Positions 19,429-29,496 of a DNA stretch of 64,000 bases are shown here, piece after piece (position 1 is the stretch's first letter; every line of letters begins with the position of its first letter). The DNA lies in NCBI GenBank assembly GCA_963789265.1, contig CAWBKB010000008.1:32001-96000 (forward strand), read 5' to 3'. Source of the stretch: an uncultured delta proteobacterium (GTDB lineage Bacteria > Desulfobacterota > Desulfomonilia > Desulfomonilales > Desulfomonilaceae). The translations under genes were made by a program, and so were the position numbers. Under the pieces are notes generated by a model. It saw only the letters and a program-made list of their open reading frames with translations. It had not been told where the DNA came from and made no database searches.

Positions 19429-20373
19429 ATGGAAGATCTTAGAATTGCGGTAGTCGGGATTGGAGCAACGGGCACAGTCTTGGCAGCAGCCCTGCTCAAA
19501 CAAGATCCCGAGACCATTTTGGTAGGGCCCAGGCCCGGTCTGCGAGAAGCCGTCAAAAAGAATGGAATCAAAGTCTCAGGTCAGCTTGAATACCACGTTC
19601 CTGTTCGCAATTTCTTTAACAGCATCGGGACGATGAAAGACCTGAACCCGAATCTTATATTTCTTGCCACCAAAACGTTTCATCTGCCCCATGTTTTGGA
19701 AGAAATCAAGGAAGTGTACCGGGATGGAACCAAGATCGTCAGCACCCATAACGGATTGGGAACAGAAGATGTCATTGCCGAAACTTTTGGTGCCGACACA
19801 GCATTCCGCATGTCCTTGAACTACGGTGTTTCAGTGAAAGGGCCCGGCGAAGTTGAAATAGCCTTTTTCAATCGACCGAATCACCTCGGAAGCGTGTCTG
19901 AGAAAAACAAAGGGCTTGGTCTGAAGATCGCCAAATTGTTCACCGATAGCGGATTGGATACCGAGTGTGTCGATGACATCAAGCTCTATGTGTGGAAGAA
20001 AATGATTATGAAATGCACCATGGCATCGATATGTGCGGTCACCGACAGGACACTGAAACGAGTGCTGGATTTTCCGCCCACCAGGGAAATAGCAGAGAAC
20101 TGCTTCAAGGAAGTGCTCGCCGTGGCAAAGGCCAGGGGCTACGACCTGGGAGAAGAATATATTCGTGACGCATTCAGCTATCTGGAAAAAGTGGGCGGTC
20201 ACAAAGATTCCATGTGCTACGACATCGTCAATAAGACTCCCACGGAAATAGATTTTCTTGGCGGAAAGGTGGTCGAATATGCGCGGGAATCGGGCATCTC
20301 AACACCTTTCTATGTTGCCATGACGAATTTGGTAAAGGCAATGGAAGACAACTACTTGCAAAAGCAACAGTAG
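19429..20373 (+). CDS. panE: Ketopantoate reductase (PanE/ApbA) family 2-oxoacid reductase
   Basis: IAVVGIGATG, LATK, HNGLG, VWKKM, SMCYDI, TEIDFLGG. Confidence 0.8.
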   Translation: MEDLRIAVVGIGATGTVLAAALLKQDPETILVGPRPGLREAVKKNGIKVSGQLEYHVPVRNFFNSIGTMKDLNPNLIFLATKTFHLPHVLEEIKEVYRDGTKIVSTHNGLGTEDVIAETFGADTAFRMSLNYGVSVKGPGEVEIAFFNRPNHLGSVSEKNKGLGLKIAKLFTDSGLDTECVDDIKLYVWKKMIMKCTMASICAVTDRTLKRVLDFPPTREIAENCFKEVLAVAKARGYDLGEEYIRDAFSYLEKVGGHKDSMCYDIVNKTPTEIDFLGGKVVEYARESGISTPFYVAMTNLVKAMEDNYLQKQQ

Positions 20374-20400
20374 CATGAACGCGACGGGAAATATTTCGAG

Positions 20401-21984
20401 ATGACCGGGAGCAAATGGGTCCACGTGGGCACTGTCTTGAAAATGAATGCCATCAACTACCCTATGAAATTGGGATGGCAGGATACCAAGAGGGAATTCA
20501 CGTTCAAGGAATGGAACGAGAAATCCAATCGTTTTGCAAACGGTCTGGAAGGCTTGGGAATAGGTTTCAAAGATACTTTCGCGGTCATTTCCTACAACCG
20601 TGGGGAATGGATGGACATATATGCCGGTTGTGCAAAGGGCGGCCAAGTGATCGTTCCTGTCATGTTTCGTTTGGCAGGGCCCGAAATTGAGTACATCGTA
20701 AATCACTCGGAATGCAAAGGATTTATCGTTGAGGCCCCTTTTGTGGAATTGATAGATTCAATCAAAGACAGACTTACCGTTCCCAAGAATTCATATATAT
20801 ATCTCGGAGATGGCCCACCGCCCGAAGGATACGTGGGGTATGAAGAGCTTCTGGAAAGGTCTTCACCAGATGAGCCGGATCGCACGGTGAGCGGAGATGA
20901 TGTCTGGAACATCATGTACACTTCGGGGACTACCGGCCGTCCCAAAGGTGTGGTGCGAACCCATGAAAGTCATTTGGCCCATTACGTGTTGAGCAACATC
21001 AACATGGGCGTACGGCCAAGTGACAAAGTGATGCTCGTCATGCCCATGTGTCATGTCAATTCCATACAATATTCATTCCCATACACGCTGGTTACGGCCC
21101 CGGTGTTCGTGTACAACACGATAAGCTTCGATCCTGAAGACTTCCTGCGGGTAGTCGATAAACATAAAATCGTCTTTACGTCATTGGTTCCCACGCATTA
21201 CCGGATGATTCTGGATTTGCCGGACCACATTAAGGCGAAATGGGACGTCTCATCTGTTCGGCAACTGCTGATATCCTCCGCGCCCGCAAGCAAAGAGCTT
21301 AAGCTTGCCATCATGGACTATTTCAAGAATGCGGAACTTTGGGAGGCTTACGGGAGCACCGAAGGAGGATTGGCCACACTGCTGAGGCCGGAAGACCAAT
21401 TAACGAAACTCGGCTCCATCGGCAAAGAAATTTTCGGCACAGATCGAATCAAGCTTCTGGATGCGGATCGAAATGAGGTCCCGGACGGAGAAGTTGGAGA
21501 ACTGTTTTACCGGGCACCCTGCGTTTTCAAAGAATATTTCAAGGATCCGCAGAAGACCGAGGAAGCGTTCCACGGAACGTGGTTTTCTGCCGGAGACCTG
21601 GCAAGACGTGACGAGGACGGCTATTACACGCTGGTTGACAGGAAAGCCAACATGATCATTACAGGAGGCGAAAACGTCTATCCTTCGGAAGTGGAGGGCG
21701 TGCTTCAGTGCCATGAAGCTGTCAAGCAAGTAGCTGTGATCGGAGTGCCGGATAACAAATGGGGCGAAGCGATCAAGGCGGTGGTGGTGCTCAATGACGG
21801 ATTTGAACCAAGCGAGTCCTTGGCCCAGGGCCTTGTGGATTTTGCCCGAGGAAGAATCGCCGGATACAAGCGCCCGAAGAGCATTGACTTCGTAAGAGAT
21901 GCGGAGATGCCAAAAACAGCGACCGGCAAGATCCTCCATAGAGTGCTCAAGAGTCGCTATACAGGTCTCAATCGTGGAAGCTGA
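20401..21984 (+). CDS. Acyl-CoA synthetase (AMP-forming)
   Basis: MYTSGTTGRPKG, YGSTE, GDLA, DRK..MIITGGENVYP, PKTATGKI. Confidence 0.93.
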   Translation: MTGSKWVHVGTVLKMNAINYPMKLGWQDTKREFTFKEWNEKSNRFANGLEGLGIGFKDTFAVISYNRGEWMDIYAGCAKGGQVIVPVMFRLAGPEIEYIVNHSECKGFIVEAPFVELIDSIKDRLTVPKNSYIYLGDGPPPEGYVGYEELLERSSPDEPDRTVSGDDVWNIMYTSGTTGRPKGVVRTHESHLAHYVLSNINMGVRPSDKVMLVMPMCHVNSIQYSFPYTLVTAPVFVYNTISFDPEDFLRVVDKHKIVFTSLVPTHYRMILDLPDHIKAKWDVSSVRQLLISSAPASKELKLAIMDYFKNAELWEAYGSTEGGLATLLRPEDQLTKLGSIGKEIFGTDRIKLLDADRNEVPDGEVGELFYRAPCVFKEYFKDPQKTEEAFHGTWFSAGDLARRDEDGYYTLVDRKANMIITGGENVYPSEVEGVLQCHEAVKQVAVIGVPDNKWGEAIKAVVVLNDGFEPSESLAQGLVDFARGRIAGYKRPKSIDFVRDAEMPKTATGKILHRVLKSRYTGLNRGS

Positions 21985-22159
21985 GAGCAGAATCGCCCGC
22001 AAGGTCGTAGAACCATTTAGCAGCGACAGTAGGATGCCCACCCTACTAAATCGGATATCGACAAGATCCGGGCCTTAATCGCCGCGACTTTTTGGGGAAC
22101 GCTCCGGCCGGGTCAGCCGCTATCGGTATCGGTTCAGCAGGATAAAAAAGGTGAATAGA

Positions 22160-23309
22160 ATGAATGAAGCTGCCTTCAATAGTGAAGAGCACCAGATTTT
22201 TCGTGACTCATTCAGGAAGTTTGTGGCCCGAGAAATCACCCCTCACGTTTCAGAATGGGAGGAAAAGCGGGCCGTGCCGCGGAGTATATGGCTCAAGCTG
22301 GGGGAACAAGGCTACTTGTGCCCGTGGCTTCCGGAACAGTATGGAGGGCCTCGGCTTGGGATTCGAGTACTCTGTCATCATTAATGAAGAGTTGTTACGG
22401 GGCAATGCATTTGGCGTGGAAGTCCCCCTTCATAGTGATGTCGCGACCCCATATATCTTTTCTTATGCATCTCCGGAAATGAAAGAGCGATGGCTTCCCA
22501 AGTGCGCAACAGGCGAAGTGGTAACGGCTATTGGGTTGACTGAGCCAAACACCGGCTCGGACCTGGCTGCCATTCGTACAAGGGCCGTGAAGGATGGAGA
22601 TTTTTATGTGATCAACGGGCAAAAGACCTTCATTACAAATGGCTACTTTGCGGATGTTGTCGTTCTAGCTGTCAAGACCGATCCGGGTGCAGGTCACAGA
22701 GGGATCAGCCTCATCCTGGTAGATAAGAATGCCCCGGGATTCCATCGCGGCCGAAAATTGAACAAAATGGGATATCACATGCAAGACACGGCTGAACTTT
22801 TTTTCGAGGATTGCCGCGTCCCCGCTGCGAACCTGCTCGGCGAGGAAGGAAAGGGCTTCAAGTACATGATGCAGAAGCTCCAACAGGAACGCCTGGAAGT
22901 TTCCATCAAGTGCCAGGTCTTGGCGGAAGAAGCCCTGAAGGAGGCGCTGAATTACGTGAAAGTTCGCGAGGCGTTCGGCAAACCCATAGGGAATTTTCAG
23001 TACACTGCATTCAGGCTGGCCGACATGGCCACCGAAATTCAACTCGGCCGCACCTTTTTGGACAGCCTGATAAAGGAACATATCGAAGGAAAGAATATAG
23101 TTCAGAAAGTTTCCATGTCCAAATATTGGCTCGGCGAGATGGTGAACAGAATCGCGTATCAGGCCGTCCAGCTTCACGGCGGCTATGGATACATGGAAGA
23201 ATATCGAGTCTGCAAGATCTATCGGGATGTCCGTTGCCTGTCTATCTTTGCGGGGACAAGCGAAATCATGAAGCTGATCATCAGTCGCGGTCTGGGGCTT
23301 AATCCATGA
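22160..23309 (+). CDS. Acyl-CoA dehydrogenase (frameshift near 22348, probably a sequencing error)
   Basis: AIGLTEPNTGSD, INGQKTFITNG, QLHGGYGYMEEY, IFAGTSEIM; N-terminus FNSEEHQIFRDSFRKF...PEQYGG is in another frame and rejoins after removing one G. Confidence 0.9.
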
Positions 23310-23381
23310 CAATCACAAGCATGCGGTGCCCTGACAAGTTATCGGAATTCTACTGAAGTTAAAGACCATGTTACGAGGCAG

Positions 23382-23463
23382 TGTCATTGCGAGGAGTGAA
23401 ACGACGAAGCAATCTATTTCTGTTGATTTAGAGATTGCCACGGGCTTACGCCCTCGCAATGAC
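23382..23463. repeat. gtcattgcgag...ctcgcaatgac palindromic repeat
   Basis: Inverted ends; related copies near 39598, 49866 and 50440-50520. Confidence 0.75.
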
Positions 23464-23548
23464 ACTAGCGTGCTCTGCCAAATGAACAATTCCGTAAAGT
23501 ATTACTCGGTTGAAAGCGCATTGGCATTACATCGAAAGGTGAAAGAAG

Positions 23549-24046
23549 ATGAAACACCAGATCAAATTCAAGGTGAATGGCGACGAATACTCGCTGGCGG
23601 TTGATCCTCGGCGAACACTCAACGAAATGCTTCGCGAAGACCTGAACCTGACGGGCACCAAGCTCGGCTGCGGAACCGGCGATTGCGGAGCTTGCGCTGT
23701 CATGGTGGACGATCGCACTGTCAGCTCATGCTTGACCCTGGCCGTGTCGGTGCATGGAAAATCCGTCAAAACAGTGGAGGGCCTGGCACCTTCGGGTGAG
23801 ATACTACACCCGATACAGGACGCTTTTGTAAAAACAGGGGCAATTCAATGCGGCTATTGCACGTCCGGAATGGAAATGGCTGCGCTCAATCTCTTGAACC
23901 ACAACCCTTCACCGACCGAGAAGGAAATTAGAGCCGGCCTTTCCGGGCATCTATGCAGGTGCACAGGATACAACCAGATTGTGGAAGCTGTCTCGGTTGC
24001 AGCGGAAACGATGAAGCAAAGCAAGTCAGAAGAGGTAGAGCGATGA
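23549..24046 (+). CDS. Xanthine dehydrogenase family 2x[2Fe-2S] small subunit
   Basis: GTKLGCGTGDCGAC, SSCL, QCGYCTSG, HLCRCTGY. Confidence 0.93.
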   Translation: MKHQIKFKVNGDEYSLAVDPRRTLNEMLREDLNLTGTKLGCGTGDCGACAVMVDDRTVSSCLTLAVSVHGKSVKTVEGLAPSGEILHPIQDAFVKTGAIQCGYCTSGMEMAALNLLNHNPSPTEKEIRAGLSGHLCRCTGYNQIVEAVSVAAETMKQSKSEEVER

Positions 24047-24918
24047 GACTACCAAAATTCGAATATTTTGCCCCAAAAACATTGGAAGAGGCCCTGGTCC
24101 TGCTAAAAGAACAAGGGAAGGGCGCTTATGTGATGGCCGGAGGAACAGACGTCATGGTCAAAATGACTCACGGCCGTCTAAAGCCCAAGGCAGTGATCGC
24201 ACTAGGTGAAATCGAAGAATTGAACGGTATTCGTTTCGATGCGAAAGAAGGGCTTACCATCGGAGCAACCGCACGGCTCGCGGAAGTAGCTTCCCATCCT
24301 GACATTCTGAATCACTACCCGGCCCTTGCTCATTCGGTTCAGGTGATGGCTAATGTCGAAGTCCGCAACATGGGCACGGTCGCAGGCAACCTTTGCAATG
24401 CTGCTCCTTCTGCCGATAGTGCGCCCCCGCTCATAGTCATGGGAGCGGAAGTTACACTGGCAAGCGTCAGCGCGAAAAGGCGGGTGGCCCTGGACCGGTT
24501 CTTCAAAGGACCCGGACTCACGTCAATGGAACAAGGGGAGATCATGACTTCCATACATGTGCAGCCGCCTCGCTCCAGGTCAGGCGCTTCGTACATGCGT
24601 ATATCAGCTCGCTGCGGGGTGGACATTGCCGCTGTGGGCGTCGGGGTCATGGCCGATTTCAACGGTGAAGGCTGTAAACAGGCAAAAATTGTGCTTGGTG
24701 CAGTTGCTCCCATTCCCATGCGTGCAGAGAAGACTGAAGATCTTCTGCAAGGCAAGGAATGGACTGATGAACTCATCGAAAGGGCCGGAGAGCAGGCCGC
24801 GGAAGAGGCCAGGCCGATCTCGGATGTTAGAGCGAGCGCTGAGTGGCGAAAAGCAATGGTGGCGGTATTGACCCGGCGAACCCTTCAAGAAGCTCATGCG
24901 AGGGCAAGCAAAGGCTAG
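24043..24918 (+). CDS. Xanthine dehydrogenase family FAD subunit
   Basis: AGGTDV, RNMGTVAGNLCNAAPSAD, PISDVRAS; ATGA overlap with the small subunit. Confidence 0.92.
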   Translation: MRLPKFEYFAPKTLEEALVLLKEQGKGAYVMAGGTDVMVKMTHGRLKPKAVIALGEIEELNGIRFDAKEGLTIGATARLAEVASHPDILNHYPALAHSVQVMANVEVRNMGTVAGNLCNAAPSADSAPPLIVMGAEVTLASVSAKRRVALDRFFKGPGLTSMEQGEIMTSIHVQPPRSRSGASYMRISARCGVDIAAVGVGVMADFNGEGCKQAKIVLGAVAPIPMRAEKTEDLLQGKEWTDELIERAGEQAAEEARPISDVRASAEWRKAMVAVLTRRTLQEAHARASKG

Positions 24919-24940
24919 CGCGTACGGAAAGGAAAGAACC

Positions 24941-27268
24941 ATGAAACAATACAACATAATAGGAAAAGATGTGCCGCGTACGGATGCTCCGGTCAAGGCA
25001 AGGGGAGCCGCCGTATACACGGATGACATGAAGCTGCCGGGAATGCTTCATGGCCAAATACTAAGAAGCCCGCTTCCGCATGCTCTGATTAAAAGTATCG
25101 ACATCGGCAAAGCAGCTTCTTTGCCTGGCGTTAAGTGCGTAATCACCGCGGAGGACACACCCAAGATCAAGTATGGCAACTGGCGGCTGTTTGCGGAGAC
25201 GCAGGACGAGTATCCGCTCGCGGTTGACAAAGTGCGGTTCATAGGCGACGAAGTGGCCGCTGTGGCAGCTTTAGACAAAGATACCGCAGAAGAAGCTTTG
25301 GATCTCATCAAGGTGGAGTACGAGGAACTGCCGGGTATCTTTGATGTGGATTCGGCCACACAGCCGGGCGCCCCGGTTCTCCATGATTACTGTCCCTCCA
25401 ACGTCAGCGTCAATCGAAAGATCAAATATGGCGACGTGGAAAAGGGCTTTGCGGAATCGGACTACGTAAGAGAAGACACTTTCAACGTTCACGGAGTGAG
25501 CCACGCATATCTCGAGCCGTGCGCGGCGTTAGCCCAGGTCGATCTGGATGGGAGAATTACTCTCTGGACTTCCACTCAAGTCCCGTACATCGTGCAATGC
25601 CTGCTGGCTTCAACGCTCGGTATGCGAGAAAACGATATTAGAGTGATCAAACCGTACGTAGGAGGCGGTTTTGGCGGGAAAATGGAATTGCGCACATGGG
25701 AATTCTGCGCTGCTCTCATGGCTAAGATGACAGGCCGGCCTGTTAAGTTCACTCTCAGCAGGGAGGAGGAGTTTCTTGCAGGCAGGCGCAGGCATCCCAT
25801 GAAGATCCACTCCAAAGTGGGGTTCAAAAAGGACGGGACGCTCGTTGCCAAGGATCTGAAAATCTTGCTGGATGGCGGAGCATACAATGCAATGGGGCCC
25901 ACGGCAACGTTCTTGTGCGGAAATTTCGGTGCGATGTTGTACCGCTATCCCAACTATCAGTTTCACGGACAACACGTTTATACGAACAAGCCGCCCGCGA
26001 GCGCTATGCGCGGTTTCGGCGCGCCGCAATCGCTTTACGCAAGTGAAATCCAGATGAATCTGGCGGCGGAGGAGTTGGGGCTCGATCCTATTGATATCAG
26101 ACTCAAAAACGCCCAGGTCACTGGAGATGAAATTCCTGACGTGGCTACTATCAGTAGCTGCGGCTTCATCGACAGCATAAAAGCGGTCTCTGAGATGAGC
26201 GGGTGGGAGGAGAAACGGAAGAACCTCAAACCGGGTCAAGGGATTGGTATCGGTTGCTACAGTTTTATTTCTGGTGGCGTGTTTAACTGGTTTAATACCC
26301 AATATCCGTTTTCTGCGGCGGAAATTAGGGCTTTTTCCGACGGCACCGTGCACCTCCTGACTATGGCGGCCGACATCGGGCAGGGTTCGGATACAGTTCT
26401 CAAGCAGATTCTGGCGGAGCAGCTTGGGCTGCAAATGGCGGATATCCGCATCACTTCTGCGGACACGTCGATGACACCCCAGGCAGACTTGGGCGCATGG
26501 GGGAGCCGGCTGACCCTTATGGCGGGAAATGCAGTCATGGATGCCGCGAAGAAGATCAAGGATCAGATATTTGGAGCGGTGTCGGCGCGGTTTAATCTCA
26601 ACGTCATCCACGAGCTCGAATGCAAAGATGGAAGAGTTCAGTCCAAAGCCAAGTCCACTTACGGGGTGAGCTTTGGGGAAGCTGTGGCTATGGTGCAAAA
26701 GGCGAACAGGGGAGAACCGCTTGTGGTTCGCGGATCGTACACTCCGAGGGACAAGGGAATGGTGACCCCTGCTTTTGGTTTTGGAGCCCAAGTGGCTGAG
26801 GTGGAGGTTGACAAAGAAACCGGCCTTGTGGAGGTCAAGCAGATGTGGACCGCCCACGATTGCGGCACTGTGATCAATCCCAGAGCAGTTGAAGGACAGC
26901 TCGCCGGTTCAATTCAGATGGGCCTTGGATACGCCTTATCCGAGCAATTGGTGATGGATGGAGGCCAGACTCTCAACACCAACTTCGCGGATTACAAAAT
27001 GCCAATGGCCACGGACATGCCGCCCAGCCAGGTGGCCCACGTTGACACGTATGAACCGGAGGGACCTTTGGGGGCCAAAGAGTGCGGAGAGGGCCTTGCC
27101 TCTCCCACAGCGCCGGCGATTTCGGACGCTGTATATCACGCGACCGGCTATCGGTGTAAAGATCTGCCCATAACTCCGGAGAAGATTCTGAAACATCTTG
27201 AAAGTGAAGAGCAGTCACGCCGCTTGCAAGAGGTCGCGGCCGCGGAGGTGCAATTCAAAAGAAGGTAA
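24941..27268 (+). CDS. Xanthine dehydrogenase family molybdopterin subunit (HcrA/CoxL-like)
   Basis: LRSPLPHA, STQVP, VGGGFGGK, AMRGFG, IGQGS, GSR, GAKECGEG. Confidence 0.93.
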   Translation: MKQYNIIGKDVPRTDAPVKARGAAVYTDDMKLPGMLHGQILRSPLPHALIKSIDIGKAASLPGVKCVITAEDTPKIKYGNWRLFAETQDEYPLAVDKVRFIGDEVAAVAALDKDTAEEALDLIKVEYEELPGIFDVDSATQPGAPVLHDYCPSNVSVNRKIKYGDVEKGFAESDYVREDTFNVHGVSHAYLEPCAALAQVDLDGRITLWTSTQVPYIVQCLLASTLGMRENDIRVIKPYVGGGFGGKMELRTWEFCAALMAKMTGRPVKFTLSREEEFLAGRRRHPMKIHSKVGFKKDGTLVAKDLKILLDGGAYNAMGPTATFLCGNFGAMLYRYPNYQFHGQHVYTNKPPASAMRGFGAPQSLYASEIQMNLAAEELGLDPIDIRLKNAQVTGDEIPDVATISSCGFIDSIKAVSEMSGWEEKRKNLKPGQGIGIGCYSFISGGVFNWFNTQYPFSAAEIRAFSDGTVHLLTMAADIGQGSDTVLKQILAEQLGLQMADIRITSADTSMTPQADLGAWGSRLTLMAGNAVMDAAKKIKDQIFGAVSARFNLNVIHELECKDGRVQSKAKSTYGVSFGEAVAMVQKANRGEPLVVRGSYTPRDKGMVTPAFGFGAQVAEVEVDKETGLVEVKQMWTAHDCGTVINPRAVEGQLAGSIQMGLGYALSEQLVMDGGQTLNTNFADYKMPMATDMPPSQVAHVDTYEPEGPLGAKECGEGLASPTAPAISDAVYHATGYRCKDLPITPEKILKHLESEEQSRRLQEVAAAEVQFKRR

Positions 27269-27593
27269 CGTGCCGGCGGGAAAGGCATCTCTCTCTAAGC
27301 CGCGGACAATGCGGCTCACTCTTACGATTGGGCGGACTGGAAAGTCCGCCCCACAGATCAGGGGCAATCCCAATAACCAAATTAGTGGCGCAGGCTTTCC
27401 AGCCTGCGATCTTCAAGAGTACACTTTCTGCTCTGCATTTTCCCTGTTGAATCAGGTGGAAATCCAAATTTAATCCAATGAACACAGGATCACTCGCCAA
27501 TCAATTGTCTCGTCGTCCTGGTAATTGAGATCGTTAGCTGTTGGAGCGGTCAATTCGGTGGATCCCGGTAAACCCTACGACTAGGTTTGTCGT

Positions 27594-28049
27594 TCATCCT
27601 TTGTTCGGCGCAGAATATCTCTCAATATGTTCAGGAGTTCGGATTTCTGTTCATCGGAATACATCATCAAGTATTTTTGGAAGCTCCGCTCTTTCCGATC
27701 TGAGATGTCCCTCAACACCTGAATTCCTTCAGGCGTGATTTGCAGCCTCTTCAGGCGATCGTCATTAGGGTCGCTTGTTTCTAATAATGAATCCGTTTTG
27801 CTCTAATCTCTTGGCGATACCTGTCATGTTTGCGCTTGAAACCAACATGATTCTGTTCACGTTCCTCATGGTATTTTGGCCGTTTTCGGAAGCATCCAAA
27901 ACCCTGAGGAGATTATATTGAGAGAACGTAAGGCCCCATTTCTTAACTACCGCCGAAGCGCTTCTCTTGAAGCGCTCGGCGATCCGGACCATCGCCATCA
28001 GCACTCTTTCATCTATACTCATGTCGCTCTTGTAGCGGTGATCAGACAT
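27594..28049 (-). CDS. MarR-family transcriptional regulator (frameshift near 27779, probably a sequencing error)
   Basis: GLTFSQYNLLRVL, SSANMTGIAKRLEQNGFI; removing one A continues as RTSDPNDDRLKRLQITPEG...RRTKG to a stop at 27594. Confidence 0.85.
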
Positions 28050-28079
28050 GATGCTGCAAGGATCTCCAAATCAGCTATT

Positions 28080-28117
28080 TTATTCAATATGTTAACAATA
28101 AAAGGTTAGATTGTCAA
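28080..28117 (-). promoter_or_regulatory. Sigma70 promoter of the MarR gene overlapped by the operator motif
   Basis: TTGACA (28112-28117), 17 nt, TAACAT (28089-28094); half-site TTAACAAT at 28092-28099. Confidence 0.6.
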
Positions 28118-28179
28118 CGTTTAGACTTTATCATCGGCAGGTTACTTTTTGGGGACGCAACGGCCAGATCCGGAACCGC

Positions 28180-29358
28180 TCAATAAAACTTGATCCAGTC
28201 CGACGCGGGTTCCAATGTCCCCTTAGCGGGATTCGACTGCAAGATCCGAGCGACGGGAAACCTGTTGTCCCTGATTGTCAACGGCGGCGTGAGCCCTCCC
28301 GTATCGAAATGCTTTAAGGCATGGAGGGCCGTGACCAGTCCCTCCCCGTTCAACTGACCTGCTGTATCCGCTTTTCTGAGACACTCCACGAAAATCTTTG
28401 CCGCGGTGAATGTCACGAGATACATCAAAGTTCGGTATTTAACCTTGGGATAATGCTTGGCAGTATAGTCCCGAATCTTCTTTATCATCGGCACGTCTGT
28501 CATCCACCAGTAAGAATAGGGGCTCACCGCCAGAAATGTCGGTCCGTTCGGCCCCAGTGCCTCAACAACGTTCTGATCGGCTCCCCAGATCATGACAATG
28601 AATTTGCTGCTCAGCCCCGCGTCGTGGCATTGTTTGATCAAAGTCGCGTTCTGAGGACCGACCCAACCTTGCAAGAGCACGTAATCCGGATTCTTGCCCT
28701 TGAGTTCCTCAATTTGTTTCGAATAGTCACCGCCCCTGATGTTACCGGCCACCTCGGCGACCAATTTCAGCCCCAATCTATGACAAACGATGCGTCCGTA
28801 AGGCAGGGGATCCTCGCCGAACGGGCCTTGAGAGTAGAAGAAAGCTACTCTTGCGTTCTTCCGGGTTTCTGCGATGTGCTTGAGAGCAACGGCAAACTGG
28901 TCCCCGTATGTCGGACCGACTACGAACATTGAGGGAACCCCGCTAAAAGCCAGCTTCGCTGAAAAAGAGGTTGAGGTATAGAGGACTTTGTAACGCTTTC
29001 GAATCAAAGGTGCAGTAGCCAACGCTACCGGCGTGCCCGAGCCGAAAAAACACAACGGGTTGTATCTGGCCATCATGCTTTTAAAGACCCTCACGCCAAC
29101 TTGGGGATTGTATTGATCGTCTTCCATCACCTCACGAAGCTTCTTACCATTGATTCCGCCTTCCTCATTTGCCATACCGAGGGCATCTCGGACGCCGGCT
29201 TCAAGCTCCTCGGTCGTTGCCGCAATGCTCGGTGGCCCTCCAGGGGACAAACTGAGTCCCACAGTAATTGGCTCCTCGGCCGCAACTCCGTGGAACATTG
29301 CGAAAGTGAGAAACAAAGCCAAAAAGAGCACCAATGCCGCACTGACATCTTTTTTCAT
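28180..29358 (-). CDS. ABC transporter substrate-binding protein (LivJ/K type)
   Basis: Signal peptide, ANEEGGINGKKL, DDQYNP, PTYGDQ, FDTGGL. Confidence 0.88.
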   Translation of the reverse strand: MKKDVSAALVLFLALFLTFAMFHGVAAEEPITVGLSLSPGGPPSIAATTEELEAGVRDALGMANEEGGINGKKLREVMEDDQYNPQVGVRVFKSMMARYNPLCFFGSGTPVALATAPLIRKRYKVLYTSTSFSAKLAFSGVPSMFVVGPTYGDQFAVALKHIAETRKNARVAFFYSQGPFGEDPLPYGRIVCHRLGLKLVAEVAGNIRGGDYSKQIEELKGKNPDYVLLQGWVGPQNATLIKQCHDAGLSSKFIVMIWGADQNVVEALGPNGPTFLAVSPYSYWWMTDVPMIKKIRDYTAKHYPKVKYRTLMYLVTFTAAKIFVECLRKADTAGQLNGEGLVTALHALKHFDTGGLTPPLTIRDNRFPVARILQSNPAKGTLEPASDWIKFY

Positions 29359-29496
29359 CGCCCCCTCCTCTAGTACGAAGTTTACAGTTTTGGCAAAATC
29401 CTAATGTTATCTCCTCGAAATGACCGGGCCATCCCCGTCCTGTAATCACAGAATGATAGACGGGCACTGGTCTCAGGACGTTTGAGGGACAGAGGA

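Noticed and set aside
23549..27268. hcrCAB or coxMSL assignment
   Set aside because: No HcrB [4Fe-4S] insertion, and the active-site loop is AMRGFG rather than the AYxCSFR of aerobic CO dehydrogenase.
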